Below, piece by piece: positions 34,231 to 44,753 of a stretch of 64,000 nt of DNA. The DNA is taken from NCBI GenBank assembly GCA_003134555.1, contig PLBO01000103.1:19251-83250 (forward strand), given 5' to 3'. Positions within the stretch are counted from its first letter, which is position 1. Each line of letters opens with the position of its first letter. The DNA comes from Actinomycetota bacterium. Lineage in GTDB: Bacteria > Actinomycetota > Acidimicrobiia > IMCC26256 > PALSA-610. The notes under the pieces are model-generated. The model ran no database searches and was not told the DNA's origin. It worked only from the letters and a program-made list of their open reading frames with translations. The position numbers and the translations under genes are program-made.

Positions 34231-36651
34231 TCACGCGTCGTCGCGGGGCGGCGCGATCGCGACGACCCGCTGCAGTCCCCCCGGGCACACCTTCGAGCCA
34301 CCGCCATCGCGTGACGCGGCGCGCACGCCCTGCCCGGGCACGACGAGACACGCGTCGGCGGCGAGGAAGGCGAGCGTGTCGGCGGCCGGCGTCATCGCAA
34401 CCAGAGGTCCGCGCGCCTTGTCGATCTTCGCCGCCTTGAGGCCCGAGCCACCTCGAGTCTGCACCGGGAATTCGTCTACCTCGGTGCGCTTGGCGAAACC
34501 CTGCTCGGTCGCGATCACGACGAGCTCGCCGTCGGCGGCGGCGCACCCGCCGATCACCCGGTCGTCGCCCTTCAGGCGGATGCCGCGGATACCGCCGGCC
34601 GACCGGCCGACCGGGCGGACGTCGCCCTCGGCGAAGCGGATGCCCTGCCCGTTGGCGGAAAGGAGCAACAGCTCGTAGTCGTCCCAACCGGGGAACACGG
34701 CGACGACGCGCTCGTCGGCGGCCAGCTTCATCGCCACGATGCCGTTCTGGCGTCCGGACGCTTCGGTGAACTCGCTGAGCGCAGTGCGCTTCACTCCGCC
34801 CGTCGAGGTCACGAACACGAGGTTCGGGTGATCCTCGTGCAACCGCGCGTCGAGCACGGCCACGACCTGCTCACCGTCGCCGAACTGGAAGAGATTCTGC
34901 GCGGCGCTCAGCTTCTCCTTCGGCAGCTCGTGCACCGTGGCCCGGTACGCGCGCCCGCGGTCGGTGAAGAACAGGAGCCCAGAAAGCGCGGTGGTATCGA
35001 TCGCCTGCGCGACCGCGTCGCGATCGCCCGGGTTCGCGACGAGCGACTTCCGGGTGCGCGCGGGCACGGCGCGCACGTAGCCGCGCGCGGTCACGGTGGT
35101 CACGTAGGGCTCGTCTTCGACGAGCGCGACGACGTCGAGCGCGCCCGCATCGTCGCTCATGATCGGGGTCCGGCGCGGCGCCTTGTGGGCGTCGCGGATG
35201 GCGACGAGCTCCTCCCGGATGACGCCCATCAGCACGTCGTGCTTGGCCAGGATGCCGCGCAGCTGCTTGACCGTCGCCTCGAGCTCCTTGCGTTCCTTGT
35301 CGAGCTCCGCCCGGCCGAGCTGCGTGAGCCGCCCGAGCGGCATGTCGAGGATGTGGTTGGCCTGGATCTCCGAGAAACCGAAGCGCTTGTCCATCAACGC
35401 GCTGCGCGCCGCGGCGCGATCCTTCGACGCGCGGATCGCCTTCACGATCGCGTCGATCATGTCGAGCGCCTTCACCAGGCCCTCGACGATGTGCAGGCGA
35501 TCCTGGGCCTTCTGCAGGCGGAACTTGCTTCGTCGGGTCACGACGACCACTTGATGATCGAGCCAGTGCTGCAGAGCTTCGGAGAGCGTGACCGTTCGGG
35601 GAACGTCGTCGACGAGCGCGACCATGTTGACCGGGAAGGTGCTCTGCGCCGCCGTGTGCTTGAAGAGATTGTTCAGCACGATCTGCGGGTTCGTGTCGGG
35701 ACGAAGCTCGATGACGAGACGGGTCTTCCCCTGCCCGGACTCGTTGCGGATGTCGCGCACGCCGTCGATCTTGCCGGCGAGCACGAGCTCCGTCAGCTTT
35801 CCCGAGATCGCGTCGACGCTCGTCTGGAACGGAACCTCGGTGAGCACGATCGCCTGACCGCCGCGGCGCGGGAGCTCCTCGATCTCGTGGACCGCGCGCA
35901 CGCGGATGGTGCCGCGCCCGGTTCGGAACGCGTCCTTGATCCCGTCGTCACCCATGATGAGGCCGCCGGTCGGGAAGTCGGGACCCTTCACGATGCGCAT
36001 CAGCTCCGAGAGCGTGACGTCGGGCTTGTCGATCAACTTCACGGCCGCGTTGCACACCTCGGCGAGGTTGTGGGGCGGGATGTTGGTGGCCATTCCGACC
36101 GCGATGCCCTGCGCGCCGTTCACCAACAGGTTGGGAAACCGCGCCGGGAGGACGACGGGTTCGGTACGCGAGCCGTCGTAGTTCGGCTCGAAATCGACGG
36201 TTCCCTCGTCGATACCGGCGAGCAGCTCCATCGCGAGCGGCGACAGGCGACACTCGGTGTAGCGCGACGCCGCGGGCGGATCGGACGGCGATCCGAAGTT
36301 CCCGTGCTTGTCGATCAACGGCGCGGTCAGCGAGAAAGGCTGGCCCATCCGGACGAGCGCGTCGTAGATCGCGGTGTCGCCGTGCGGGTGGTAGTTGGCC
36401 ATGACCTCACCGACGACGCGCGCGCACTTGACGAACGGTCGATCGGGCCGGAGGTTCGAGTCGTGCATCGCCCAGAGGATGCGGCGGTGGACGGGCTTCA
36501 ACCCGTCGCGGACGTCGGGTAGCGCGCGCTGGACGATGACGCTCATCGCGTACTCGAGGAACGCGCCCTCGACTTCTTCCTGCAGCGTGCGCGTCGGAAT
36601 CTCCGACGGCGGCTCGAGAGTCAGTTGGTTGGTCGTGGTCCGACGGGCCAT
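34231..36651 (-). CDS. parC: Type IIA topoisomerase subunit A (GyrA/ParC family; ParC-like, no GyrA box seen)
   Basis: 806 aa with EYAMSVIVQRALPDVRDGLKPVHRRILW and a beta-pinwheel C-terminal domain. The region after ...TARGYVRAV lacks a QRRGGKG-type GyrA box. GGAGA Shine-Dalgarno, 12 nt after the subunit B stop. Confidence 0.85.
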   Translation of the reverse strand: MARRTTTNQLTLEPPSEIPTRTLQEEVEGAFLEYAMSVIVQRALPDVRDGLKPVHRRILWAMHDSNLRPDRPFVKCARVVGEVMANYHPHGDTAIYDALVRMGQPFSLTAPLIDKHGNFGSPSDPPAASRYTECRLSPLAMELLAGIDEGTVDFEPNYDGSRTEPVVLPARFPNLLVNGAQGIAVGMATNIPPHNLAEVCNAAVKLIDKPDVTLSELMRIVKGPDFPTGGLIMGDDGIKDAFRTGRGTIRVRAVHEIEELPRRGGQAIVLTEVPFQTSVDAISGKLTELVLAGKIDGVRDIRNESGQGKTRLVIELRPDTNPQIVLNNLFKHTAAQSTFPVNMVALVDDVPRTVTLSEALQHWLDHQVVVVTRRSKFRLQKAQDRLHIVEGLVKALDMIDAIVKAIRASKDRAAARSALMDKRFGFSEIQANHILDMPLGRLTQLGRAELDKERKELEATVKQLRGILAKHDVLMGVIREELVAIRDAHKAPRRTPIMSDDAGALDVVALVEDEPYVTTVTARGYVRAVPARTRKSLVANPGDRDAVAQAIDTTALSGLLFFTDRGRAYRATVHELPKEKLSAAQNLFQFGDGEQVVAVLDARLHEDHPNLVFVTSTGGVKRTALSEFTEASGRQNGIVAMKLAADERVVAVFPGWDDYELLLLSANGQGIRFAEGDVRPVGRSAGGIRGIRLKGDDRVIGGCAAADGELVVIATEQGFAKRTEVDEFPVQTRGGSGLKAAKIDKARGPLVAMTPAADTLAFLAADACLVVPGQGVRAASRDGGGSKVCPGGLQRVVAIAPPRDDA

Positions 36652-36663
36652 CGCGTTGTCTCC

Positions 36664-38664
<2,001 letters not shown>

Positions 38665-38678
38665 TCAGGGGCGCCCGC

Positions 38679-40760
38679 TCAAGGCCGGCTCGCCAGGAAC
38701 TCCTCGACACCGTCCGGGCGGATCGGCGGTCCGAACGCCGGGCCGGTGCCGAAATCGCAGCCGAGCTCGCGCAGCCGGCGAGCGTGCGCGTCGTCGTGCA
38801 CCCCGAAGGCGACGACGACGCGCCCGAGTGCGCGCGCGTACGCGACGATCGCGGCGAGCAACGCGGAACCTGCATCGTCGGTGTCGCCCGGGCTGCTCGA
38901 CTCGCCGGCGTCGCACACGGCCGCGACGAGCGGTCCGGCAATCGTCATCGTCGGCGCCGGCAAGCGGCGCAGCTGTTCGAGCGACGACACCGCGGAGCCG
39001 AAGTCTCGCAACGCCACTCCGACGCCCAGCTCGTCGAGCGCGACAACCACACGCGACGCCGCTTCGAGGTCGTGGGCGACGGCCGCCTCGGGAATGCCGA
39101 GCCAGCACAACGACGGCGCGGCCCCGCTGCGCACGAGCATGTCGCGGACGAGCTCGGGCAGGACGGGCGAGAGCGCTCCCGCGCGGGTGAGCGTGAGACT
39201 CAGTCCGGGAACGATCGCCGCCGGCGGCCGGCGCTGCCAATCAGCGATCTGCGCGAGCACCGTGCGCACGAGCGCGACGTCGAGCGCGCGCGACATACCG
39301 GCATCGTCGACGACGCGAGCGATCGTGTCCGCCGATTCGCGCACTCCCGCGCTCTCCCAGTCGACCGTGCAATCGAATCCGACGACGCCGGCGCCGCCCA
39401 GATGCACGAGCGGAGAGCACATGATCGGAAGTCGGGGCTGATCGAGCAGCCGACCCACACTGCGGGCAATGCGGCGCGCTTTGGCGAGCTGGCGCCGGAG
39501 CTCGTCGTCGAACATCTCGACGCGACCGCGACCCATCCGCTTGGCGCGATACGCGGCGATGTCGGCGTTCGACAGCAGCTGGTCGATCGACACCGGGTCG
39601 TCGCCCGACGTGCCGGCGATACCGATGCTCGCACCGACCAACATCTCGTGACCGTGCACGTCGTACGGCTCGTGCAGCACCCCGATCAGACGCTCAGCGA
39701 GCTGCAGTGCGTGCGGGTGCGCGGGCCGGTCGAGCTCCGGGCAACACACGACGAACTCGTCACCGCCGAGCCGCACACAAATGTCACCGCCGCGCAATGC
39801 ATCGCGCAATCGCTTGGCGACCTGCACGAGCAGCTCGTCGCCGGCCGCGTGCCCGAGCATGTCGTTGACGCGCTTGAAGCCGTCGAGATCGATGTACAGC
39901 AGCGATACACCCGGACCGCCGCGCCTCGTCCGTGCGAGCGCGGTGGTCAACTCCTCGACGAGCAGCGCGCGGCTACCGAGGCCGGTGAGCCGGTCGTGTG
40001 TCGCGTCGTGCTCGAGCCGCTCCTCCAACCGCTTGCGCTCGGTGACGTCCTCGAGCGTCCCGAGAAAGCCCGTCACTCGTCCGTCGGGCTCGCGTCGGGC
40101 CGCCGACCGCATGCTCACCCATCGAGAGTGACCCTCCGGCAGGTCGATGCGGAACTCGCGTGCCGACGCGTCGTCGGTTCCGACTCCGCCGTCGATCGCG
40201 ATCGCCGAAGCCCAACCGCGGCCCAACGCCTCGCGGGCCGACATACCGGTCAGGCGTTCGAACGCCGGATTGACGAAGGTGCAACGGTCGTCGAGATCGA
40301 CGTCGAAGATGCCGATCGGGCTCTCGCCCACGAGGGTTCGCCACCGAGCCTCGCGGTCGAACAACGTCTGGTCGACCGCGCGCACGATCGTTCCTCGCAC
40401 ATCCGGGTGATCCTGCAGATTGCGGAACACGAGGGTCATGTCGTGCCACCCGTCGTGCTCGTTGAAGACGCGTACTCGCGCGTCGACGTCGACGCCCGGC
40501 GCGTCGCGGCTCCGGTCGAGCGCGTCGACGACCGTTCGTTGATCGTCCTGATGAACCCACTCGATGATGCGGAGGTTCTGGTCGCCGAGGCGCGAGAAGC
40601 CGGCGTACGCGCCGAGACGACCGAGCATGATCCGTGGGCGGAGATCGGGGCCGAGGATCGCGACCGCGTCGGCCAGAGCACGGACGACTTCAGGGTCGCG
40701 TACGTCGAGCGGCTCGGCATCCGCTCCTTCGGGCGCGGCAAACTGAGGAGCATCTGCCAT
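38679..40760 (-). CDS. PAS-GGDEF-EAL signalling protein (intact GGDEF with I-site, degenerate EAL)
   Basis: Start at ATG 40760 (MADAPQF...). PAS-like segments. RGGDICVRLGGDEF (RxxD then GGDEF). The C-terminal EAL-like domain reads DCT for EAL, RDFGS for DDFGT and FGVH for EGVE. Confidence 0.8.
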   Translation of the reverse strand: MADAPQFAAPEGADAEPLDVRDPEVVRALADAVAILGPDLRPRIMLGRLGAYAGFSRLGDQNLRIIEWVHQDDQRTVVDALDRSRDAPGVDVDARVRVFNEHDGWHDMTLVFRNLQDHPDVRGTIVRAVDQTLFDREARWRTLVGESPIGIFDVDLDDRCTFVNPAFERLTGMSAREALGRGWASAIAIDGGVGTDDASAREFRIDLPEGHSRWVSMRSAARREPDGRVTGFLGTLEDVTERKRLEERLEHDATHDRLTGLGSRALLVEELTTALARTRRGGPGVSLLYIDLDGFKRVNDMLGHAAGDELLVQVAKRLRDALRGGDICVRLGGDEFVVCCPELDRPAHPHALQLAERLIGVLHEPYDVHGHEMLVGASIGIAGTSGDDPVSIDQLLSNADIAAYRAKRMGRGRVEMFDDELRRQLAKARRIARSVGRLLDQPRLPIMCSPLVHLGGAGVVGFDCTVDWESAGVRESADTIARVVDDAGMSRALDVALVRTVLAQIADWQRRPPAAIVPGLSLTLTRAGALSPVLPELVRDMLVRSGAAPSLCWLGIPEAAVAHDLEAASRVVVALDELGVGVALRDFGSAVSSLEQLRRLPAPTMTIAGPLVAAVCDAGESSSPGDTDDAGSALLAAIVAYARALGRVVVAFGVHDDAHARRLRELGCDFGTGPAFGPPIRPDGVEEFLASRP

Positions 40761-40808
40761 CGGGGTTGCATCGACATCAACGGCGCCAACCCTTATAGCG
40801 TCCCTCCC

Positions 40809-41264
40809 ATGACGACGAACTTCGCTACTCCCCAGGACCTCCTCGGCGCCGTCGGCGCCGACCTCGGCGTGACCGACTGGGTCACGATCACCCAGGACCA
40901 GATCGACAAATTCGCGGAAGCCACCCTCGACAACCAGTGGATCCACGTCGACACCGAGCGCGCCAAGGCAGGCCCCTTCGGGACCCCCATCGCCCACGGG
41001 TACCTGACGATGTCGCTGGCGGCCTATTTCCTCTCCCAGCTCGTGCACGTCAGCGGCATCTCGATGGGCATCAACTACGGCGCCGACAAGGTCCGGTTCC
41101 CGGCGCCCGTGCCCGTCAACTCCCGGGTCCGGGCCAAGGGCGAGCTGATCGAGGCCAAAGAGGTGACCGGCGGAGTACAGGCGACAACGCGCATCACCAT
41201 GGAGCGCGAGGGCGGCGACAAGCCGGTCGCGATCGTCGAGTCGATCTCGCGGTACCTCACGTGA
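40809..41264 (+). CDS. MaoC-like (R)-specific enoyl-CoA hydratase / dehydratase
   Basis: 151 aa hot-dog fold: DNQWIHVDTERAKAGPFGTPIAHGYL. Confidence 0.82.
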   Translation: MTTNFATPQDLLGAVGADLGVTDWVTITQDQIDKFAEATLDNQWIHVDTERAKAGPFGTPIAHGYLTMSLAAYFLSQLVHVSGISMGINYGADKVRFPAPVPVNSRVRAKGELIEAKEVTGGVQATTRITMEREGGDKPVAIVESISRYLT

Positions 41265-42055
41265 GCGTGCTCGACGAGTTCCGCCTCGACGGCAAGGTCG
41301 CGATCGTCACGGGTGCCGGGCGTGGCATCGGCGCGTCGATCGCGCGCACTTTCGCCGATGCGGGTGCGAACATCGTGCTCACCGCGCGCACGAAGGACCA
41401 GCTCGACGAGGTCGCGGCCGACGTGCGCGCGACCGGCCGGGAAGCGCTCGTCATCCCTGCCGACGTCAACGAGAACGACGTGCTCGAGGAGATCGTCGAG
41501 CGTACGGTGGCCGAGCTCGGGCGGATCGACATCGTTGTGAACAACGCGGGGGGAACGATGCCCCGGCCGTTCCTCGACACCAGTCCCGGATTCTTCGAGC
41601 GGTCGTTCCATTTCAACGTGACGACGGCATTCGTGCTCAGCAAGGCCGCGGCCCCGCACCTGCTCGCGAGCGGCGCGGGCTCGATCGTCAACATCTCCTC
41701 CGCGATCGGACGACTTCGCGACCGCGGGTTCGTCGCGTACGGCACCGCGAAAGCCGCATTGTCACACATGACGCGGCTCACGGCGGCCGACCTCGCGCCG
41801 AAGGTCCGGGTCAACGCGATCGCGGTCGGCTCGATTGCGACGAGCGCGCTCGAGACCGTGCTCGACAATCCCGAGATCCGCGACGAGATGGTGCGGCGCA
41901 CGCCGTTGAAGCGGCTCGGACGCCCCGAGGACATCGCGCTGTGCGCGCTCTACCTCGCGTCACCGGCCGGCAGCTTCGTAACCGGCAAGCTGTTCGAGGT
42001 CGACGGAGGTCTCGAAGAGGCGAACCTCGATCTCGGTCTCCCCGATCTCACCTAG
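41261..42055 (+). CDS. SDR-family oxidoreductase
   Basis: GTG 41261 overlaps the MaoC stop (GTGA). Motifs VTGAGRGIGAS and YGTAK. Confidence 0.85.
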   Translation: MSVLDEFRLDGKVAIVTGAGRGIGASIARTFADAGANIVLTARTKDQLDEVAADVRATGREALVIPADVNENDVLEEIVERTVAELGRIDIVVNNAGGTMPRPFLDTSPGFFERSFHFNVTTAFVLSKAAAPHLLASGAGSIVNISSAIGRLRDRGFVAYGTAKAALSHMTRLTAADLAPKVRVNAIAVGSIATSALETVLDNPEIRDEMVRRTPLKRLGRPEDIALCALYLASPAGSFVTGKLFEVDGGLEEANLDLGLPDLT

Positions 42056-42067
42056 CCGTTCCGGAAA

Positions 42068-42430
42068 TCAGCCGTCGAGGATGGCGTGGACCTGGTCGGG
42101 GAGACTGAAGCCGTTCTCGCCGGGGCCCCACGGAATCGCGGCGACGACGGCGTCGATCGCGACCGGGCCGTACACGTGGGGGAATTCGCCGGCGAAGGAA
42201 TCGGACGACGGCTCCCACCGCAACTCGCTCGTCAGCAGCGCCGGATCGACACAGAGCAGGACGAGATCGGGAACGTCTCGGTAGAACCAGTCGGCTACGT
42301 GATTCACCTGCGTCGGCAGCGAGCAGTGGATGAACCCTTCGGTATCCAGGCTGGGCGCGCGGTACTGACCGGCGTCACGCGCCGCTTCCCACTCGGGCGC
42401 GGTCGTGATGTGGAAGATGAGGCGGGTCAC
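42068..42430 (-). CDS. DUF952 family protein
   Basis: 120 aa from GTG 42430: VTRLIFHITTAPEWEAARDAGQYRAPSLDTEGFIHCS... The rest of the 399-aa track ORF is antisense shadow. Confidence 0.7.
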   Translation of the reverse strand: MTRLIFHITTAPEWEAARDAGQYRAPSLDTEGFIHCSLPTQVNHVADWFYRDVPDLVLLCVDPALLTSELRWEPSSDSFAGEFPHVYGPVAIDAVVAAIPWGPGENGFSLPDQVHAILDG

Positions 42431-42487
42431 GAGCGCCGAGCCTAGGCACGAATGCACTCCCCGGCCTCGGCGGTACCTTGACCGGCG

Positions 42488-43531
42488 ATGGCCGCGTACG
42501 CACTGCTCCTCCGTCCGGCTGCGAATCGCCTCTACAGCAAGGGCGCGGCCGCGCTGAACACGGCCGAGCTCTCGGTGCTCAACGAGTGCGTGTTGAAGGG
42601 CTCGTTGCACGCCGTCGAGCCGACGGTCATCGGTGGCGTCGATTACGTGCGCTTCGAAGCCGACGACGCCATGTCCGGCGACGATGTCGAACACCTCTCC
42701 AATCTGTCGTCGGCCTTCGCGTTGTTCCAGATCGACGACGGCGGGCGGCTCGTGCCGGTCGCGCTCGATCCCGTCGCCCATCTCGACGACGACCTCCTCA
42801 CGATCCAGCGCTACAAGGGCAAGACCAACGAACAGTTCACGAAGCTGCTCTTCAACGTGACACTCGCGGCGTCGGCCCACGCCACCGATTGGCCGAGCCG
42901 CCGGCTCCGCGTGCTCGATCCTCTGTGCGGGCGCGGAACGTCGCTGAATCAAGGCCTCGTCTACGGCTTCGACGTCGACGGCATCGAGATCGAGCGCACC
43001 GCCTACGATGCGTACCGCACGTTCTTCGTCAACTGGCTGAAGGACAAGCGCTACAAGCACCAGGTGCACACCATGCCGCTGCGACGCGACGGCAAGGTCG
43101 CCGGCCGCAGGCTGGAGGTGGTCTTCGGCCGCGACAAGGACGAGTACAAGGCCGACGACGTCCAGCGCGTCCGGCTCGTCAACGACGACACGACGCAAGC
43201 CGGCGAGCACTACCGCAAGCCGATCTTCGATGCGGTGATCGCCGACCTGCCCTACGGCGTGCAGCACGGCAGCCGGAGCCGCCCCGACGCGCGCACCCGA
43301 CGCCCGGAAGAGCTGCTGGACTCTGCGCTCGACGGCTGGATCGGGGCGATGAAGGCCGGGGCGGCGATGGGGTTGTCGTGGAACACGAAGGTGCTGGCGC
43401 GCGACGCGCTCGTCGAGCTACTCGGTCGCCATGGTCTCGCGCCGTGCACCGGCGACGCGTGGGATCAGTTCTCACATCGTGTCGACCACGCGATCACGCG
43501 CGACCTCGTCGTCGCGACGAAACCCGCTTAG
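42488..43531 (+). CDS. SAM-dependent nucleic-acid methyltransferase (UPF0020/Trm11-RlmL-like, DLPYG motif IV)
   Basis: 347 aa with motif I VLDPLCGRGTS and motif IV IADLPYG. The N-terminal ~140 aa may be a THUMP/ferredoxin-like RNA-binding module. Confidence 0.7.
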   Translation: MAAYALLLRPAANRLYSKGAAALNTAELSVLNECVLKGSLHAVEPTVIGGVDYVRFEADDAMSGDDVEHLSNLSSAFALFQIDDGGRLVPVALDPVAHLDDDLLTIQRYKGKTNEQFTKLLFNVTLAASAHATDWPSRRLRVLDPLCGRGTSLNQGLVYGFDVDGIEIERTAYDAYRTFFVNWLKDKRYKHQVHTMPLRRDGKVAGRRLEVVFGRDKDEYKADDVQRVRLVNDDTTQAGEHYRKPIFDAVIADLPYGVQHGSRSRPDARTRRPEELLDSALDGWIGAMKAGAAMGLSWNTKVLARDALVELLGRHGLAPCTGDAWDQFSHRVDHAITRDLVVATKPA

Positions 43532-43532
43532 C

Positions 43533-44711
43533 TCAAATCCGCGGCTGCGAGAGCGCCAGCCCGTTCTCGCGCATCACGAGCCTGATCTCGTCCTCCGAGA
43601 AATTGGGGAGATCGTCGACGAACGACTTCGGGTCGGCGAGGCCCTCGGCGTGCGGGTAGTCGGAACCGAAGATCATCTGGGTCGCGCCCAGCTCGTCGCG
43701 CAGCTCTTGGAGATCGTCCTCGTAATACGGCGAGACCCACAGGTGGTCCTGCACCTGCTCGACCGGATCGACGCCTTCATAGGCGCCGGGAATCTGGCCG
43801 AACGACTTCTTCAACGCCTTCAGCAGGAGCCCGACCCATTCCGATCCGCTCTCGATGGTGGCAACCCGCAGGTTCGGATGTCGGCGCAGCACGCCGTGAC
43901 ACGCGAGCGCGGCGACGGTGTCGTAGATCGGGCGATGGCCACCGGTCACGCTGCGGAACGGGTCGGCGCGGAACGCCTGGAAGTCGCCGCCACCTCCCCA
44001 CTCGTCGGCGTAGCGGTTGTAACCCGCGTCGCCCGAGTGGTACGCGGCCAGGACGCCGGCCTCGGTGATACGCGCCCACATGCGGTCGTACATCGGATCG
44101 CCCGGACTGCGCGAGAAGCCGGGGCCGCGCACCGGTCCGGAGCGCATCACCACGACGTGGGCGCCGTTCGCGAGCGCGTACTCGACCTCTTGCTCCGCAC
44201 GGACCGGATCCTGGAGCGCGATGTAGGGCGCGGCATAGATGCGATCGGCGTAGTTGAACGTCCAGTCGTCGAGCATCCACTCGTTGAACGCGTGGAACAC
44301 GTCGTGCAGGGCGTCGGGGTCGTGCAGCAGCGCTTCCTCGACACCAACGCCGAGCGTCGGGAACAAGAAGCACCCCTGCATTCCCTGCGTGTCCATCAGC
44401 CGGACGCGCGCGGCCGGGTCGCGGTACGCGGGATTGATCGGCTCCAACTCACCGAACGCAGCGCGTATGTCGTCTCCGGCTTGCTTGCCGCGGAAGTACT
44501 CGTCGAGGCAGCCGGGGCGCGCGACCGGGTCGAACGTGGGGTTCGGGATGAAGCGAAAGATCTTGTTGTCGACGATCATCCGGTGCTTGCCGTCGATGTC
44601 GGCCCATTGCACCAACTTCGATCGGTGCTTCGGGAGATGCCGGATGAAGGCGTCGGTCGCCTCGTAGTAGTGGTTGTCGGCGTCGAACACGTCGAAATCG
44701 ACGGTACCCAT
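43533..44711 (-). CDS. Amidohydrolase-2 (ACMSD/LigW-type metal-dependent hydrolase/decarboxylase) family protein
   Basis: ATG 44711 is preceded by GGAGG. MGTVDFDVFDADNHYYE...IFGSDYPHAEG. Confidence 0.82.
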   Translation of the reverse strand: MGTVDFDVFDADNHYYEATDAFIRHLPKHRSKLVQWADIDGKHRMIVDNKIFRFIPNPTFDPVARPGCLDEYFRGKQAGDDIRAAFGELEPINPAYRDPAARVRLMDTQGMQGCFLFPTLGVGVEEALLHDPDALHDVFHAFNEWMLDDWTFNYADRIYAAPYIALQDPVRAEQEVEYALANGAHVVVMRSGPVRGPGFSRSPGDPMYDRMWARITEAGVLAAYHSGDAGYNRYADEWGGGGDFQAFRADPFRSVTGGHRPIYDTVAALACHGVLRRHPNLRVATIESGSEWVGLLLKALKKSFGQIPGAYEGVDPVEQVQDHLWVSPYYEDDLQELRDELGATQMIFGSDYPHAEGLADPKSFVDDLPNFSEDEIRLVMRENGLALSQPRI

Positions 44712-44735
44712 GGCCACCTCCGCGACTCGCGCGAT

Positions 44736-44752
44736 CTAGAACGCCATTCTAG
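44736..44752. promoter_or_regulatory. Inverted repeat CTAGAA-N5-TTCTAG in an AT-rich patch upstream of the amidohydrolase
   Basis: CTAGAACGCCATTCTAG lies 25-41 nt upstream of ATG 44711 and immediately after the ligase TAG stop (44754-44756). The half-site TAGAAC resembles KstR-type half-sites but with different spacing. Confidence 0.5.
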
Positions 44753-44753
44753 T

